In this document: positions 48,356-59,985 of the stretch, one piece after another | Numbering within the stretch: position 1 is the first letter of the stretch | Layout: every line of letters begins with the position of its first letter | Sequence record: SRR9188677_168 | DNA: 64,000 nucleotides | Direction: 5' to 3' (one strand) | The notes under the pieces: model-generated | The model's database searches: none | What the model saw: only the letters and a program-made list of their open reading frames with translations | Told to the model about the DNA's origin: nothing | Position numbers and translations under genes: made by a program

Positions 48356-48673
48356 CTATTCGCTTACGACTTTGATCGACAATGTTTGCTCTTTATCCAG
48401 CACAGTCAGCAAACGGTCTATGTTCGGATGTTTGCCTGGGTGATTCTCGGCATCTTCTGTATGTTCTGCGTACAGCGCCAATCCCTCTACGGCAGCATCG
48501 CTGTTGATTTCACCATATATTTTGAATAAATGATGATAAACCTTAATCGAGCCCTGGGTGCCGGGTTTATTTTCAATCTGGCCGGCCGGCTGGCTTTGCT
48601 CATCGAAGAGCTCAATGCGTTTCACATGATCCGCATTGTCCAGGGTGAGTAAGTTGTCACTAAATTTTTGCAT
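48356..48673 (-). CDS. DUF2322-like protein
   Basis: IENKPG.QGS..VY, EHTEDA..HPGKHPNIDRL. Confidence 0.75.
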   Translation of the reverse strand: MQKFSDNLLTLDNADHVKRIELFDEQSQPAGQIENKPGTQGSIKVYHHLFKIYGEINSDAAVEGLALYAEHTEDAENHPGKHPNIDRLLTVLDKEQTLSIKVVSE

Positions 48674-48698
48674 GGTTGACTCTAGGTTAATACGAATA

Positions 48699-49340
48699 CT
48701 ATAAGTGATACGCGGTTCGCGTCATCACTTTGGAAGCCAGGCGCATGGCCAGTTTCACCGGGGCGGGTAGCGCAGCACCGCCAAGATGCTCTGCAGTCTG
48801 CGCATGCTGTTCTTCATCTTGCTTCATTTGCGTCACTATTGCGCGTGAAGCGAGATCTTGCGCCGGTAATTGCTGCAGATGACTCCCTAAGTGAGACGAC
48901 ACCTGGTGCTCGGTTTCGGCCAAAAATCCAAGGTTCCATTTGTCACCAAGTAAACCTGCTGTGACACCCAGGCCAAAACTCGCACCAAACCATAATGGGT
49001 TAAGCAGGCTTTTGCGGCCACCAAGTTCGTCGATTCGTCGTTCACACCATGCAAGGTGATCGACTTCTTCACGGGAGGCTTCTTTGAGCGCTTCAACATT
49101 GGCCGGATTACGTGATACTAACGCCTGGCCGCTGTATAAGGCCTGTGCACAGACTTCACCCACATGATTGACGCGCATCAGGGCTGCGGCATGCTTGCGC
49201 TCTTTATCAGATAAAGAGTTATCGTTAGACGCTTCTGCTTTTGGATAAGGGCGGCTAGGACTCGGTTGGCTAAATACCGTACGTAAGCCCATGTCGATGA
49301 CGGCAATAGCCTTGTCCAATGTCAATCTCGGCATAGTCAT
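48699..49340 (-). CDS. coq7: Demethoxyubiquinone hydroxylase Coq7
   Basis: [34 protein letters not shown] di-iron motifs. Confidence 0.93.
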   Translation of the reverse strand: MTMPRLTLDKAIAVIDMGLRTVFSQPSPSRPYPKAEASNDNSLSDKERKHAAALMRVNHVGEVCAQALYSGQALVSRNPANVEALKEASREEVDHLAWCERRIDELGGRKSLLNPLWFGASFGLGVTAGLLGDKWNLGFLAETEHQVSSHLGSHLQQLPAQDLASRAIVTQMKQDEEQHAQTAEHLGGAALPAPVKLAMRLASKVMTRTAYHL

Positions 49341-49404
49341 TGATTACTCCCTGTAAAGCACCATTGCCTGCTGGCTGTGAGGCTTGCAGACAATGGCATG
49401 ATCA

Positions 49405-50874
49405 TTATTTCTTCACTGGTTTCTCAGCGCCGGCTGGTTTTTCAGTGCTGGCTGGCTTGTCTGTTGCAGCTTTCACCGCTTCAGGTGCTTTTTGCACTGG
49501 CAAGCCTTTAAGTTGATTCAACGCTTGTACAAACTGGAAGTCATCTTTGCTGGCGGGTTCAATAGGGCCGCGGGTTTCAGCAAATTTTTCATCCTTAGGT
49601 TTATCACCACCAACGCGGGCTTTCACTTCTTCAGCTTTTTCAGCGTTGGCTTTAGCAATGTCGCTAGGGTTGGATAAATGGCGCTTCAAATCCGCCTCAT
49701 GCAAGCTCAGGCTTGGGTCTGAACCATCATCCACAATCGTATCCGGCACAATGCCTTTCGCCTGGATTGAGCGGCCATTAGGCGTGAAATAACGTGCAGT
49801 GGTCAATTTAATCGCACTACCGTTGTTCATAGGCAGGATTGTTTGTACTGAACCCTTACCAAAGCTCTGGATGCCCATGATGGTGGCACGTTTATGATCC
49901 TGCAATGCACCGGCCACAATTTCTGAAGCAGATGCAGAGCCTGCATTGATCAACACCACGATTGGTACTGTTTTATACTCTTCAGGCAAATCTTTCAGGT
50001 AGTCAGATTTACCACGGCGTGCATAATCCATGGGTGTCGCATTCAGGCGCATTTTAGAGTCCGCTACACGGCCTTCGGTATAAACCACCAAGTCATCTTT
50101 TGGCAGGAAAGCGGCAGAGACGCCAACCGCGGCATCCAGCAAGCCGCCCGGGTTGTTACGCAAATCCAACACCAAGCCTTTAAACGGGCCTTTGTTATCA
50201 GCACGTAAGGTTTTCAGGGCCTTGGCAAGGTCTTCACCAGTACGCTCCTGGAATTGTGTAATACGTACATAAGCATAGCCTGGCTCAATCAATTTGCTCT
50301 TAACGCTTTGCGCCTTGATGATGGCACGGGTCAGGGTAAAGGTAAGCGGTTTGTCTTCGCCTTTACGCACAACGGTTAGCGTGATTTTAGTATCCGGTAC
50401 ACCGCGCATGCGTTTCACGGCATCGTTCAGGGTCAAACCACGCACTTGCGTGTCATCGAGTTTCATAATCAAGTCACCGGATTTTAAGCCAGCTTTATAA
50501 GCAGGGCTGTCTTCAATCGGTGTCACTACTTTCACCAGGCCGTCTTCCATGGCGACTTCAATACCCAGCCCGCCAAATTCACCTTGGGTGCCAGCCTGCA
50601 ACTCTTTGTAGGCATCTGCATCCATAAAGGTTGAGTGAGGGTCGAGGCCTTGCAACATGCCGGCCAATGCTTCATTGATCAGTTTTTTATCTTCAACCGG
50701 TTCGACATAGTCAGATTTGACTTTGGCGAATACTTCTGCAAAGACGCGCAGCTCGTCGATCGGCAGTTGCGAAACAGAGGTTCTATCCGCCCAGGCAGAA
50801 ATATTGATACTTACCAGAATACCTACAAAAACGCCTGCACCAAGCAAGCTAAATTTTTCAAATTTGGAACGCAT
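49405..50874 (-). CDS. ctpA: Carboxyl-terminal processing protease (S41)
   Basis: LDPHS, PDZ GGLGIEV, DLRNNPGG, SASASEI, FGKGSVQ. Confidence 0.92.
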   Translation of the reverse strand: MRSKFEKFSLLGAGVFVGILVSINISAWADRTSVSQLPIDELRVFAEVFAKVKSDYVEPVEDKKLINEALAGMLQGLDPHSTFMDADAYKELQAGTQGEFGGLGIEVAMEDGLVKVVTPIEDSPAYKAGLKSGDLIMKLDDTQVRGLTLNDAVKRMRGVPDTKITLTVVRKGEDKPLTFTLTRAIIKAQSVKSKLIEPGYAYVRITQFQERTGEDLAKALKTLRADNKGPFKGLVLDLRNNPGGLLDAAVGVSAAFLPKDDLVVYTEGRVADSKMRLNATPMDYARRGKSDYLKDLPEEYKTVPIVVLINAGSASASEIVAGALQDHKRATIMGIQSFGKGSVQTILPMNNGSAIKLTTARYFTPNGRSIQAKGIVPDTIVDDGSDPSLSLHEADLKRHLSNPSDIAKANAEKAEEVKARVGGDKPKDEKFAETRGPIEPASKDDFQFVQALNQLKGLPVQKAPEAVKAATDKPASTEKPAGAEKPVKK

Positions 50875-51061
50875 ACCAGCCTTGTATGATCAATTAAGCG
50901 AAGAATACTATTGTATGAAGATTACTGTAATAAAAGATTCAAGTGACATCAGTGATGTCAGCCTGTTTTGAGAGAGTGGAAACAATCACGTTAAGTTCAT
51001 TTTCCGCTATTTCAATAAAATTGACTATACTCTTCACGCAAATAGTTTATTAGAGTGCAAT

Positions 51062-51361
51062 ATGCAAAAGCCTATCGTAGAAATCGAGTTTTGTACACAG
51101 TGTCGTTGGCTATTACGCGCAGCCTGGTTGGCGCAAGAGCTGCTCACCACATTTGATACTGATCTGGGATCGGTCAATCTGGTGCCCGGCACCGGAGGTA
51201 TTCTGGACATTAGCTGTGATGGAAAAGTGATTTTTTCACGTAAAGAAGCAGGGCGGTTTCCTGAAGCAAAAGAATTAAAACAGCTGATAAGGGATTTGAT
51301 TGATCCGGAGCGCTCGCTTGGACACAGTGATAGTCCGGTAAAAAGTGCGGGTGATAATTGA
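51062..51361 (+). CDS. SelT/SelW/SelH (Rdx) family protein
   Basis: FCTQCRWLLRAAWLAQELL, GRFPE..ELK, LGHSD. Confidence 0.88.
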   Translation: MQKPIVEIEFCTQCRWLLRAAWLAQELLTTFDTDLGSVNLVPGTGGILDISCDGKVIFSRKEAGRFPEAKELKQLIRDLIDPERSLGHSDSPVKSAGDN

Positions 51362-51393
51362 GTAGATAGGAAGCTTGTTTTTACGTCTAAGCT

Positions 51394-51969
51394 TTAATTC
51401 CCGGTTTCCACTTCTATGCGTTTGGCGCCGTTGTAACGGGTACGCCAGTAGCGCTCATCCATGTTTTCAACACGTACTTTAGCGCCCGCTCGCGGCGCAT
51501 GTATAAACTGATTGTTGCCAACGTAAATGCCGACATGAGAGAAGGCTGACTTAAGTGTGTTGAAAAATACCAAATCGCCTGGCTGCAAATCATCGCGCTT
51601 AACAGTATCACCCAACTCACTGATGGTGCGGGCGGATGGCGGCAGGGAAATTTGTGCTGCGTGCTTGAACACGTATTGTACAAACCCGCTGCAATCAAAA
51701 CCGGTTTCAGGAGACCGCCCACCGTATTTGTAACCTACACCGGTCAGGCTCAGCGCCCGAATCATGATCTCTTCAACTTTTTCTGACCACGAACCGGAAA
51801 GTCCGGTTTGGCTGTCTAACACCTCTTCTTGCGAATAGCTATAGGCATTCTGCCAACGCTTGTCCTCACCTGGGGCGGCGTGGCCTTGGGAGATGCAAAG
51901 GGTGCTGATCAGAGGTGCACTGATAAGTAGTGCAGCGAGTCGAAGAACTAGATTATTCATCACAATCAA
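51394..51969 (-). CDS. NlpC/P60 (C40) peptidoglycan endopeptidase
   Basis: YKYGG, GFDCSGFV, PGDLVFF, SHVGIY, FIHA. Confidence 0.92.
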   Translation of the reverse strand: MIVMNNLVLRLAALLISAPLISTLCISQGHAAPGEDKRWQNAYSYSQEEVLDSQTGLSGSWSEKVEEIMIRALSLTGVGYKYGGRSPETGFDCSGFVQYVFKHAAQISLPPSARTISELGDTVKRDDLQPGDLVFFNTLKSAFSHVGIYVGNNQFIHAPRAGAKVRVENMDERYWRTRYNGAKRIEVETGN

Positions 51970-52132
51970 AGCTTGGTTATAATTCTTGTTGTGTCAGAAA
52001 TAAGTATAACGGCCTAAACCTTGCCATACTTCAATGGCAGATGCAAGTTTTCATGAAAATTTAAGCATGCAGCTCATATTGAAATCAGCAAAAAACTGCA
52101 TTATTTTTAGTGGTCCGTGGGATAATTGACGG

Positions 52133-54097
52133 ATGTCTTTAATGCAACAAGTCACGTCAGCATTTTCAGAAAGCGGTTGTCTGGTACAAACCATGCCCGG
52201 TTTCAGAAGCCGCCCGCAACAACAGGAAATGGCGCAGGCAATTGCCGATGCCATCGATAACCAGCAGCAATTGGTAGCCGAAGCGGGAACAGGCACTGGC
52301 AAAACTTACGCCTACCTGGTGCCGGCGCTTTTGTCTGGCGGAAAAGTCATTATTTCAACCGGCACCAAAACCCTGCAAGACCAGCTTTACCAGCGTGATT
52401 TACCTGCCGTGCGCGAAGCACTGAAAGTGCCGGTATCCGTAGCTATGCTCAAAGGCCGCGCAAACTACATTTGCCATTACCATTTGCAGCGTGCCAGCCA
52501 GGAAGGTCGTTTCCAGTCACGTGAAGACGCGCAATATATCCCCATCCTGCAAAGCTTTGCCGAAAACAGCCAAACCGGTGACAAGGCCGAACTCATAGAA
52601 GTGCCAGAGCAAGCAACCGTCTGGCAGCAAGTCACTTCGACCCGAGATAACTGCGTCGGCCAGGATTGCCAGTATTACAAACAATGCTTTGTGATGGAAG
52701 CACGCAAGCAGGCGCTGGCGGCCGATGTAGTGGTTGTGAATCATCACCTTTTCTTTGCCGATGTGATGCTCCGAGACGAAGGTGTGGCTGAACTGTTGCC
52801 TAGCGCCAACACGATAGTGTTTGATGAAGCGCACCAGTTACCTGAAGTCGCCGGTCTGTTTTTTGGTGAAGATATTTCTACCTCGCAATTAATGGACCTG
52901 GCCAGAGATAGTCAAATGGCTTATCTCACAATAGCCAAAGACTGTGTCGCACTGGCTGAAGCCGTGACTCCACTGGAAAAGGCCTGCCGTGATTTCCGCC
53001 TGGTATTCCAGTATGAAGGCGCGCGCATGCCGGTGCAAAAGGCACAATCATTAAAGAATTTTGCTGATGCCTATCAACACATGCTGGAAACCCTGGCGGC
53101 ACTGACCAAAGTGCTGGAGACACAGGCCGCGCGCGATCCATTGCTGGAAAAATGCTGGCAACGCGGCGAGGCCTTACTCGCCTTGCTGGAAGCGTGGCAA
53201 AAAGGAAATCACGCCAACCTAGTGCGCTGGGTGGAAGTATTTACGCAAAGTGTCCAATTACATGCGACCCCGCTCAGTGTGGCCGATGGCTTCGGCAAAC
53301 AGCTGAATGCACAGCCAAGGGCCTGGATTTTCACTTCCGCCACTTTGGCAGTGAAAAGTGACTTCAATCACTACCAGGGACAAATGGGCCTGCTGGCCGC
53401 ACAAACCCGGCATTGGCAAAGCCCGTTCGATTATGACCAGCAAGCGTTGCTGTATGTGCCAGAAGGCATGCCAGAGCCGAATAGCATTGCTTACCCGGCA
53501 GCCGTAGCCGCCATCGCCTTACCGGTACTGCAAGCCAGTAAGGGGCGGGCTTTTGTGCTGTGCACTTCACTGAGAGCTATGCGCGAAGTACATGCCTTGT
53601 TAAAGCAGGCATTTGAAGAGCAGGGCATGGAGTACCCATTGCTGATGCAAGGTGAAAGCAACCGTACGGAATTGCTGGATAGATTCCGCGCGCATGGCAA
53701 TGCGGTGCTTGTAGGCTCGCAAAGTTTTTGGGAGGGCGTGGATGTGCGTGGAGAAGCGCTTTCCTGTGTGATTATTGACAAGCTACCATTTGCGCCACCG
53801 GATGATCCGGTACTTGCGGCGCGCATCGACAAAATGAATACCGAAGGCAAAAATGCCTTTATGGAATATCAGTTACCGTATGCCGTGATCACACTCAAGC
53901 AGGGCGCAGGTCGTTTGATCCGCGATGAGAGTGATTCAGGTGTATTGGTCATTTGTGATCCTCGATTAGTAGACAAACCTTATGGACGGCGCATCTGGCA
54001 AAGTTTGCCGCCATTTAAGCGCACGCGGAAACTGGATGAAGTGCAGGCGTTTTTCGAGCGTGTGGATGAAAAGCCCGAGCCAGTCCAGGGTAGCTAA
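52133..54097 (+). CDS. DinG/YoaA-family Fe-S DNA helicase
   Basis: EAGTGTGKT, KGRANYIC, Cys cluster, DEAH, SATL, FWEGVD, KQGAGRLIR. Confidence 0.92.
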   Translation: MSLMQQVTSAFSESGCLVQTMPGFRSRPQQQEMAQAIADAIDNQQQLVAEAGTGTGKTYAYLVPALLSGGKVIISTGTKTLQDQLYQRDLPAVREALKVPVSVAMLKGRANYICHYHLQRASQEGRFQSREDAQYIPILQSFAENSQTGDKAELIEVPEQATVWQQVTSTRDNCVGQDCQYYKQCFVMEARKQALAADVVVVNHHLFFADVMLRDEGVAELLPSANTIVFDEAHQLPEVAGLFFGEDISTSQLMDLARDSQMAYLTIAKDCVALAEAVTPLEKACRDFRLVFQYEGARMPVQKAQSLKNFADAYQHMLETLAALTKVLETQAARDPLLEKCWQRGEALLALLEAWQKGNHANLVRWVEVFTQSVQLHATPLSVADGFGKQLNAQPRAWIFTSATLAVKSDFNHYQGQMGLLAAQTRHWQSPFDYDQQALLYVPEGMPEPNSIAYPAAVAAIALPVLQASKGRAFVLCTSLRAMREVHALLKQAFEEQGMEYPLLMQGESNRTELLDRFRAHGNAVLVGSQSFWEGVDVRGEALSCVIIDKLPFAPPDDPVLAARIDKMNTEGKNAFMEYQLPYAVITLKQGAGRLIRDESDSGVLVICDPRLVDKPYGRRIWQSLPPFKRTRKLDEVQAFFERVDEKPEPVQGS

Positions 54098-54102
54098 TCA
54101 AC

Positions 54103-54504
54103 ATGGTAATTGTTCCTGCAAATGAATACACCTTGACCGCTATCCGCGCGCAAGGGGCTGGTGGGCAGAACGTGAATAAAGTCTCTTCTGCCATTCATCT
54201 GCGTTTCGATATCGAGGCCTCAAGCCTGAATGAGGCTGTGAAATCCCGATTGCTAAGTAGTAAAGACCAGCGCATTACTGCTGAGGGCGTACTCATTATT
54301 AAAGCGCAACAATATCGTACACAAGAAGCGAATAAAAGAGATGCAATTGCCAGATTGCAGGCAATTGTAGAAGCGGCTTTTCATGTGCATGCGACGCGAT
54401 ATGCGACAAGGCCGACCCGGGCTTCGCAGAAGCGCAGGGTGGCGGGGAAGATTCAGCGGGGAGTGATTAAGCAGGGGCGGGGGCGAGTGATTGAGGATCA
54501 TTAG
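54103..54504 (+). CDS. arfB: Alternative ribosome-rescue factor B
   Basis: GAGGQNVNKV and basic C-terminal tail (TRPTRAS..RR). Confidence 0.92.
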   Translation: MVIVPANEYTLTAIRAQGAGGQNVNKVSSAIHLRFDIEASSLNEAVKSRLLSSKDQRITAEGVLIIKAQQYRTQEANKRDAIARLQAIVEAAFHVHATRYATRPTRASQKRRVAGKIQRGVIKQGRGRVIEDH

Positions 54505-54606
54505 AAATGAGACTCTTAAATACAGTTAAATACAGCGCGCGCTGTTTTTGAGTGAGCTGTATCCCCGTAGTTTGGTATGCAGATACTTAACTACCTGCAA
54601 CTGACA

Positions 54607-54631
54607 GTCATTCTGGCGTAGGCCAGAATCT
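54607..54631. repeat. REP/dRS3-like short palindrome
   Basis: GTCATTCTGGC-GTAG-GCCAGAATCT; only one copy seen in the window. Confidence 0.45.
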
Positions 54632-54680
54632 GGGCGAGGTAGATGTTTGGCTTTGTTACTTACGAAGATACTGGTTGATC

Positions 54681-55907
54681 CTACGATCTATAATCCGCAT
54701 TAATCTTCACATAATCATATGAAAAATCGCATGTCCATACCGTAGCGTCGGCCAATCCGCGATTAAGCACTACCCGCACTAAAATATCACTTTCCTTCAT
54801 GACCGCTGCCCCTTGCTCTTCGACATAGCTAGCAGCTCGTCCACCTTTTTCCGCAACAAGCACATCGCCAAGATACAGCTGCATTGTGTTGACATCCAGG
54901 TCATCAATCCCCGCATATCCAATCGCTGCCAGAATACGTCCAAGGTTAGGGTCAGAAGCAAAAAATGCAGTTTTAATCAGCGGTGAATGCGCAATCGCGT
55001 AGGCAACCTTGCGGCACTCTTCCTCATCTTTACCAGCTTCAACCTGAATGGTCATAAACTTGGTTGCGCCTTCACCATCGCGCACGATGGCTTGCGCCAG
55101 CTCTGTGGCTACATCTGTCAGCGCATCACGCAAGGTGATAAATTCAGCATTTTCTTCAGTGACTGCAGCATTTCCGGCCTGGCCGGTCGCCATCAGAATC
55201 AGGCTGTCATTGGTGCTGGTGTCGCCATCCACAGTGATACAGTTAAACGATTTGTTCACTGCGTGTTGAATGATTTTATCTAACGCGCTTTGACTAATCG
55301 CGGCATCAGTTGCAATGTAGCCCAGCATGGTCGCCATATTAGGGTGAATCATACCTGAGCCTTTGCTGATGCCGGTAATCGTCACGGTTTTTCCCTCAAT
55401 GCTTAGCGTGCGTGAAGTCCCTTTAGCAACAATATCTGTTGTCATAATCGCTTCTGCAGCATTGAGCCAGCTATCTGTTTGCAAGTTGGCGACTGCATTT
55501 GGAATGCCTGCCAGCAGTCTTTCCATCGGAAGTGTTTCCAGGATTACGCCAGTAGAGAATGGTAATACCTGCTCCGGGCTGATATTTAATTCCTGCGCGA
55601 CGGCTATGCAACTAGCATGCGCGTCATCTAATCCTTGCTGACCTGTACCAGCATTGGCACAGCCGGTATTTACCAACAGGGCGCGAATACCTTTGTTTTT
55701 CTCCAGGTGGTCTTTGCACACGGTCACTGGTGCAGCGCAAAAACGATTCAAGGTAAATACGCCGGCTACGCTGCTGCCTTCAGGCAATGTCATCACCAGC
55801 ACGTCTTTACGATTGGGTTTGCGGATATGCGCTTGAGCGAAGCCAAGTTGTACGCCGTTAACGGGCAATAAATCTTTGGCGAGAGGGGCGTTTAATTTAA
55901 CGGGCAT
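54681..55907 (-). CDS. argJ: Bifunctional ornithine acetyltransferase/N-acetylglutamate synthase
   Basis: [39 protein letters not shown]. Confidence 0.96.
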   Translation of the reverse strand: MPVKLNAPLAKDLLPVNGVQLGFAQAHIRKPNRKDVLVMTLPEGSSVAGVFTLNRFCAAPVTVCKDHLEKNKGIRALLVNTGCANAGTGQQGLDDAHASCIAVAQELNISPEQVLPFSTGVILETLPMERLLAGIPNAVANLQTDSWLNAAEAIMTTDIVAKGTSRTLSIEGKTVTITGISKGSGMIHPNMATMLGYIATDAAISQSALDKIIQHAVNKSFNCITVDGDTSTNDSLILMATGQAGNAAVTEENAEFITLRDALTDVATELAQAIVRDGEGATKFMTIQVEAGKDEEECRKVAYAIAHSPLIKTAFFASDPNLGRILAAIGYAGIDDLDVNTMQLYLGDVLVAEKGGRAASYVEEQGAAVMKESDILVRVVLNRGLADATVWTCDFSYDYVKINADYRS

Positions 55908-55945
55908 CCGTTTTCCTTGAGAATTTCAAAAGAATAGATTGGTGG

Positions 55946-57307
55946 TTAGGCACGACGCCAGGTTGTACCTTGTGCAGTATCTTCCAGCACAATGCCTGCA
56001 TCAGACAATAGTTTGCGGATACGGTCAGCCTCAGCAAAGTCTTTGCCTTTTTTCGCAGCGATACGGGCCGTGATAAGGTTGTCGATATCCAGTACGCCGC
56101 CAAGGTCTTCGCCTTGCATAAAAGCTTCCGGGTCACGTTGCAACAGGCCGACAATACTTGCCAATTGTTTCAATAATGCGGCAGTTTGCTGGGATTTGTC
56201 TTTGTTCAAATCATTTGCCAGCTCAAACAGTATGGCTATCGCTTCGGGTGTATTGAAGTCATCGTCCATGGCTGATTTGAATTTAGCCGCTTGTGGCTGC
56301 TGCCAGTCAATGTCGCTGTCGGGCACATTTACACCACGCAATGCAGTATATAAGCGCGTCAGTGAAGCTTTCGCATCATCCAGATGCTTGTCGGAATAAT
56401 TGAGCGGGCTGCGGTAATGTGCGCGCAGGATAAAAAAGCGCACGACTTCGGGATCGTACTTTTCCAGCACTTCACGGATAGTGAAAAAGTTGCCCAACGA
56501 TTTGGACATTTTCTCATCATCCACGCGTACAAATCCATTATGCATCCAGTAGTTCGCCATGGTGCAGCCATGTGTCGCTTCGGATTGTGCAATCTCGTTT
56601 TCATGGTGCGGAAACTGCAAATCCTGACCGCCGCCATGGATGTCAAAGTGTTCCCCAAGAAGCTCTGCGCTCATGGCTGAGCATTCAATATGCCAGCCAG
56701 GGCGGCCGTTGCCCCATGGCGATTCCCAAAAAGGCTCGCCCTGCTTTGCTGATTTCCACAACACGAAATCCAGCGGGTCCTCTTTGTGACCATCGACATC
56801 CACGCGTTCACCGGCGCGCAGGTCATCCAGTGTTTTGCCGGATAATTTGCCGTAATCGTTAAAGCTACGCACTTTATAAAATACGTCGCCATTATTTGCC
56901 TGGTAGGCAAACCCTTTTTCAATCAGTTTGCTGATCATGTCCAGCATGCCTTGTACATGCTCGGTGGCACGCGGCTCGATGTCCGGGCGAATAATGCCTA
57001 GTTTGGCCGAGTCTTCGTCCATTGCGGTAATAAAGCGCTGAGTAAGGCTTTGGATGGATTCTTTGTTTTCGTTTGCACGTTTGATGATTTTGTCATCAAT
57101 ATCGGTGATGTTGCGTACGTATGTGACTTCGTAACCACTGGCGCGGAGCCAGCGTGCGACCATGTCAAATACCACCATTACGCGCGCATGTCCCAGATGG
57201 CAAAAGTCATAGACTGTCATTCCGCAGACATACATGCGTACTTTATTAGGTTGGATTGGCTTGAAATCTTGTTTGCTGCGGGTAAGGGTGTTGTGTAGTT
57301 TTAACAT
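55946..57307 (-). CDS. cysS: Cysteine--tRNA ligase
   Basis: [31 protein letters not shown]. Confidence 0.98.
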   Translation of the reverse strand: MLKLHNTLTRSKQDFKPIQPNKVRMYVCGMTVYDFCHLGHARVMVVFDMVARWLRASGYEVTYVRNITDIDDKIIKRANENKESIQSLTQRFITAMDEDSAKLGIIRPDIEPRATEHVQGMLDMISKLIEKGFAYQANNGDVFYKVRSFNDYGKLSGKTLDDLRAGERVDVDGHKEDPLDFVLWKSAKQGEPFWESPWGNGRPGWHIECSAMSAELLGEHFDIHGGGQDLQFPHHENEIAQSEATHGCTMANYWMHNGFVRVDDEKMSKSLGNFFTIREVLEKYDPEVVRFFILRAHYRSPLNYSDKHLDDAKASLTRLYTALRGVNVPDSDIDWQQPQAAKFKSAMDDDFNTPEAIAILFELANDLNKDKSQQTAALLKQLASIVGLLQRDPEAFMQGEDLGGVLDIDNLITARIAAKKGKDFAEADRIRKLLSDAGIVLEDTAQGTTWRRA

Positions 57308-57565
57308 GCTAACAAATGTAATGTGGATAATGCGTGATAAAATTAGCAGCAGTAAGGGAATGCTCTAAAATGTTAAGGAGATAGCCTTTGTGTAGGCCAG
57401 CTGAACATTGGTAATAATTCAAGTTGTTATCTTGTCAGGCAAATGATTAAAACGCGAATTGATCTGGAAATCATTGCGTATTATTCACCTATATTTGCAC
57501 TGTCTCTTGTACAATTAAAGTATAACATACTGCTAAAAATCAACGATTGCTCAGGTAATTAACTC

Positions 57566-58654
57566 ATGAATGCAACATTAAAAAAATATTTGCTGGTAGT
57601 AGGGATCATTTTCAGTCAGGCGGCACTATCCAATAGTGTGATGGCCGGTCAAACAAACGTAGAACTTCGCGAAATTAATCAGCTTTCAGAACAGGGCAAT
57701 CAGGCAGCCGCGCTGGATAAAGTGAACACTTATTTGTCGGCTAACCCAAAAAATGCCGAAGCGATGTTCATGCGTGGCGTCATTCTGGTTGAGCTCGGCA
57801 AGCGTGATGAGGCGATTAAAGCATTTACTGATTTGTCTGAGAAGTATCCAAACCTGCCAGAGCCATACAATAATCTTGCGGTGTTATATGCTGACCAGGG
57901 TCAGTATGATAAAGCCCGCAAAGCGCTGGAATCTGCGATTAAAACCCACCCAAGCTACGCCACAGCGCATGAGAACCTGGGTGATATTTATGCGCGTATG
58001 GCTTCTGAAGCTTATGACAAGGCATTGAAGCTGGATACTTCGAATAGCCGTGCACAAAATAAACTGGCCATGATCACCGATTTATTTGGTGGCAAGCGTG
58101 CAGTTGCGCGTCCTGCGACGACTGTACCGCCATCTGCACCTGCTTCTACAGTTATGCCTCCTAACAGCAATGCACCTACGGTGACGCCGCCAGCGACACC
58201 GGCGCCTGCAACAGCAACACCGCCTGTCGCAGAAACCAAAAAACCGGTAGTGGTAGAAACTAAACCTATTGAAGCCAAACTGGTAGAAACCAAGCCAGTG
58301 GTTGATAATCAGGAACAAGTGGTAATTGATGCAGTCAATGCCTGGGCGGATGCCTGGGCAGCGCAAAATGTTGATCGTTACCTCGATAGTTACGCAAAAG
58401 ACTTTAAGACACCAGGTGGTGAAACACGCAAACAATGGGAAGCTACACGTCGTGATCGTGTCAGCCGTCCGGCAAAAATTTCCGTCAATCTGCAAAATAT
58501 TGCTGTGAAAATGGAAAGCCAGACCTCTGCGAAAGTCACATTCAGGCAGATTTACAAGGCAACTGGCCTGGATGCTAACTCCAATAAAACCTTGAATCTG
58601 GTCAAAGAAGGTTCACGCTGGCTGATCAAGCAGGAGCGCGTAGGCAAGTTCTAA
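57566..58654 (+). CDS. Exported TPR protein with Pro/Thr linker and C-terminal NTF2-like (Csd6/Cds6-type) domain
   Basis: Signal peptide, TPR (PEPYNNLAVLYA, AHENLGDIY), W..AW...NVD.YL..Y..DF domain. Confidence 0.8.
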   Translation: MNATLKKYLLVVGIIFSQAALSNSVMAGQTNVELREINQLSEQGNQAAALDKVNTYLSANPKNAEAMFMRGVILVELGKRDEAIKAFTDLSEKYPNLPEPYNNLAVLYADQGQYDKARKALESAIKTHPSYATAHENLGDIYARMASEAYDKALKLDTSNSRAQNKLAMITDLFGGKRAVARPATTVPPSAPASTVMPPNSNAPTVTPPATPAPATATPPVAETKKPVVVETKPIEAKLVETKPVVDNQEQVVIDAVNAWADAWAAQNVDRYLDSYAKDFKTPGGETRKQWEATRRDRVSRPAKISVNLQNIAVKMESQTSAKVTFRQIYKATGLDANSNKTLNLVKEGSRWLIKQERVGKF

Positions 58655-58737
58655 TGGATGTCTTGCGCTGAATTTGGTAGTAAACTCGTGAATAACGAGC
58701 AAATTCAGCGAGTTAGCGCGCAGTTTTGAATTAACGA

Positions 58738-59985
58738 ATGTATAATATTGGCATGAGAAGTTTGAGAAAATATTGCTGTATCGCATTTGTGAGCGCAGCG
58801 CTACTGCCATGGAATGCCACAGCGGTGAATCACGAGGCGTTAACCGCACGCCTGTTTATACAAAATAAAAACACCGGTACTGTCGAACGCATGCTGGTGC
58901 AGACCTTGCAGTCTATCAAAGAAGGGCGCTTGCAACAGGCGCTGGACTATGTAGACCAGCTCCTCGCAATTTCCCCTAATTTCGCATTGGCTCATCTGAT
59001 TCATGGTGACCTGCTATCTGCCAAGGCGCGTATCCTCAATGGTTTTGGCGATGTGAACCCCGCCAATTTAAACCGCATCCAGGATCTCAAAGATGAAGCT
59101 GAAATCCGTATCCGTAATTACTTTGATCGCAACCGTGGGTTGACCCAGCCAAATCTTCTGGTAGAGCTTTCAGAAAAACAAAGTCACGTGCTGTTTGTGG
59201 ATACGGCGCGGTCCAGGCTTTACGTATATGAAAAAAGCCAGAATGACACTTTGAAGTATGTCGCAGACTATTATGTGACCATCGGAAAAAACGGCACTGG
59301 CAAAAAAGACCAAGGCGATAAACGCACGCCTATCGGTGTTTACTTTGCGTCGAAGAAACTAAATCGACCTCTACCTGATCTATATGGTGACGCAGCCTAC
59401 CCGCTGAATTATCCGAATGAGATGGATAGCTATGAACGCAAGACCGGTTCAGGCATCTGGATTCATGGTACTCCTCGAGATACTTATAGTCGTCCGCCGC
59501 GTGCCAGCGATGGTTGCGTAGTGCTTTCTAACCCTGATGTAAAAGCGTTGCAGGACATACTGCAAGTAGGCAGTACACCAGTGGTGATCGGAGTGAACTT
59601 TGAGTGGATCAGCCCTGAATCTCTGAAACAGCAGGAGAAGACAAAATCTGCGTTAAAGGTTGCGCTGGAGGATTGGCGTAGAGACTGGGTATCGCAGAAC
59701 ACGGACGCCTATTTGGCGCATTACGCCGGCGATTTCTTTTATTCAGAAGGTGGCTTATCAAAATGGTCTGGCTACAAGCGTCAGATTCAGGCGTCTAAAC
59801 CTAAAGTGAGTATTAATTTGTCAGAAGTCAGCATGTTTACCTATCCTAATTCAACCAAGAATATGGTAGTGGTGGATTTTGAGCAGGAATATATCAGCCC
59901 TGCACTTCGTGAAGTGATGAAGAAGCGCCAGTACTGGGTGCAAGAAAATGGGCAATGGAAAATTTTATATGAAGGATCAGCTTAA
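58738..59985 (+). CDS. L,D-transpeptidase/carboxypeptidase (YkuD; Csd6/Pgp2-like)
   Basis: [16 protein letters not shown]...SDGCVV catalytic His/Cys, C-terminal NTF2-like domain. Confidence 0.85.
   Translation: MYNIGMRSLRKYCCIAFVSAALLPWNATAVNHEALTARLFIQNKNTGTVERMLVQTLQSIKEGRLQQALDYVDQLLAISPNFALAHLIHGDLLSAKARILNGFGDVNPANLNRIQDLKDEAEIRIRNYFDRNRGLTQPNLLVELSEKQSHVLFVDTARSRLYVYEKSQNDTLKYVADYYVTIGKNGTGKKDQGDKRTPIGVYFASKKLNRPLPDLYGDAAYPLNYPNEMDSYERKTGSGIWIHGTPRDTYSRPPRASDGCVVLSNPDVKALQDILQVGSTPVVIGVNFEWISPESLKQQEKTKSALKVALEDWRRDWVSQNTDAYLAHYAGDFFYSEGGLSKWSGYKRQIQASKPKVSINLSEVSMFTYPNSTKNMVVVDFEQEYISPALREVMKKRQYWVQENGQWKILYEGSA

Noticed and set aside
51062-51361. Selenoprotein
   Set aside because: The motif is CTQC with ordinary Cys codons; no in-frame TGA
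58100-58300. Repetitive sequence in the TPR gene (GTAGAAAC repeats, Pro/Thr/Ala runs)
   Set aside because: Ordinary low-complexity protein linker, as in tonB
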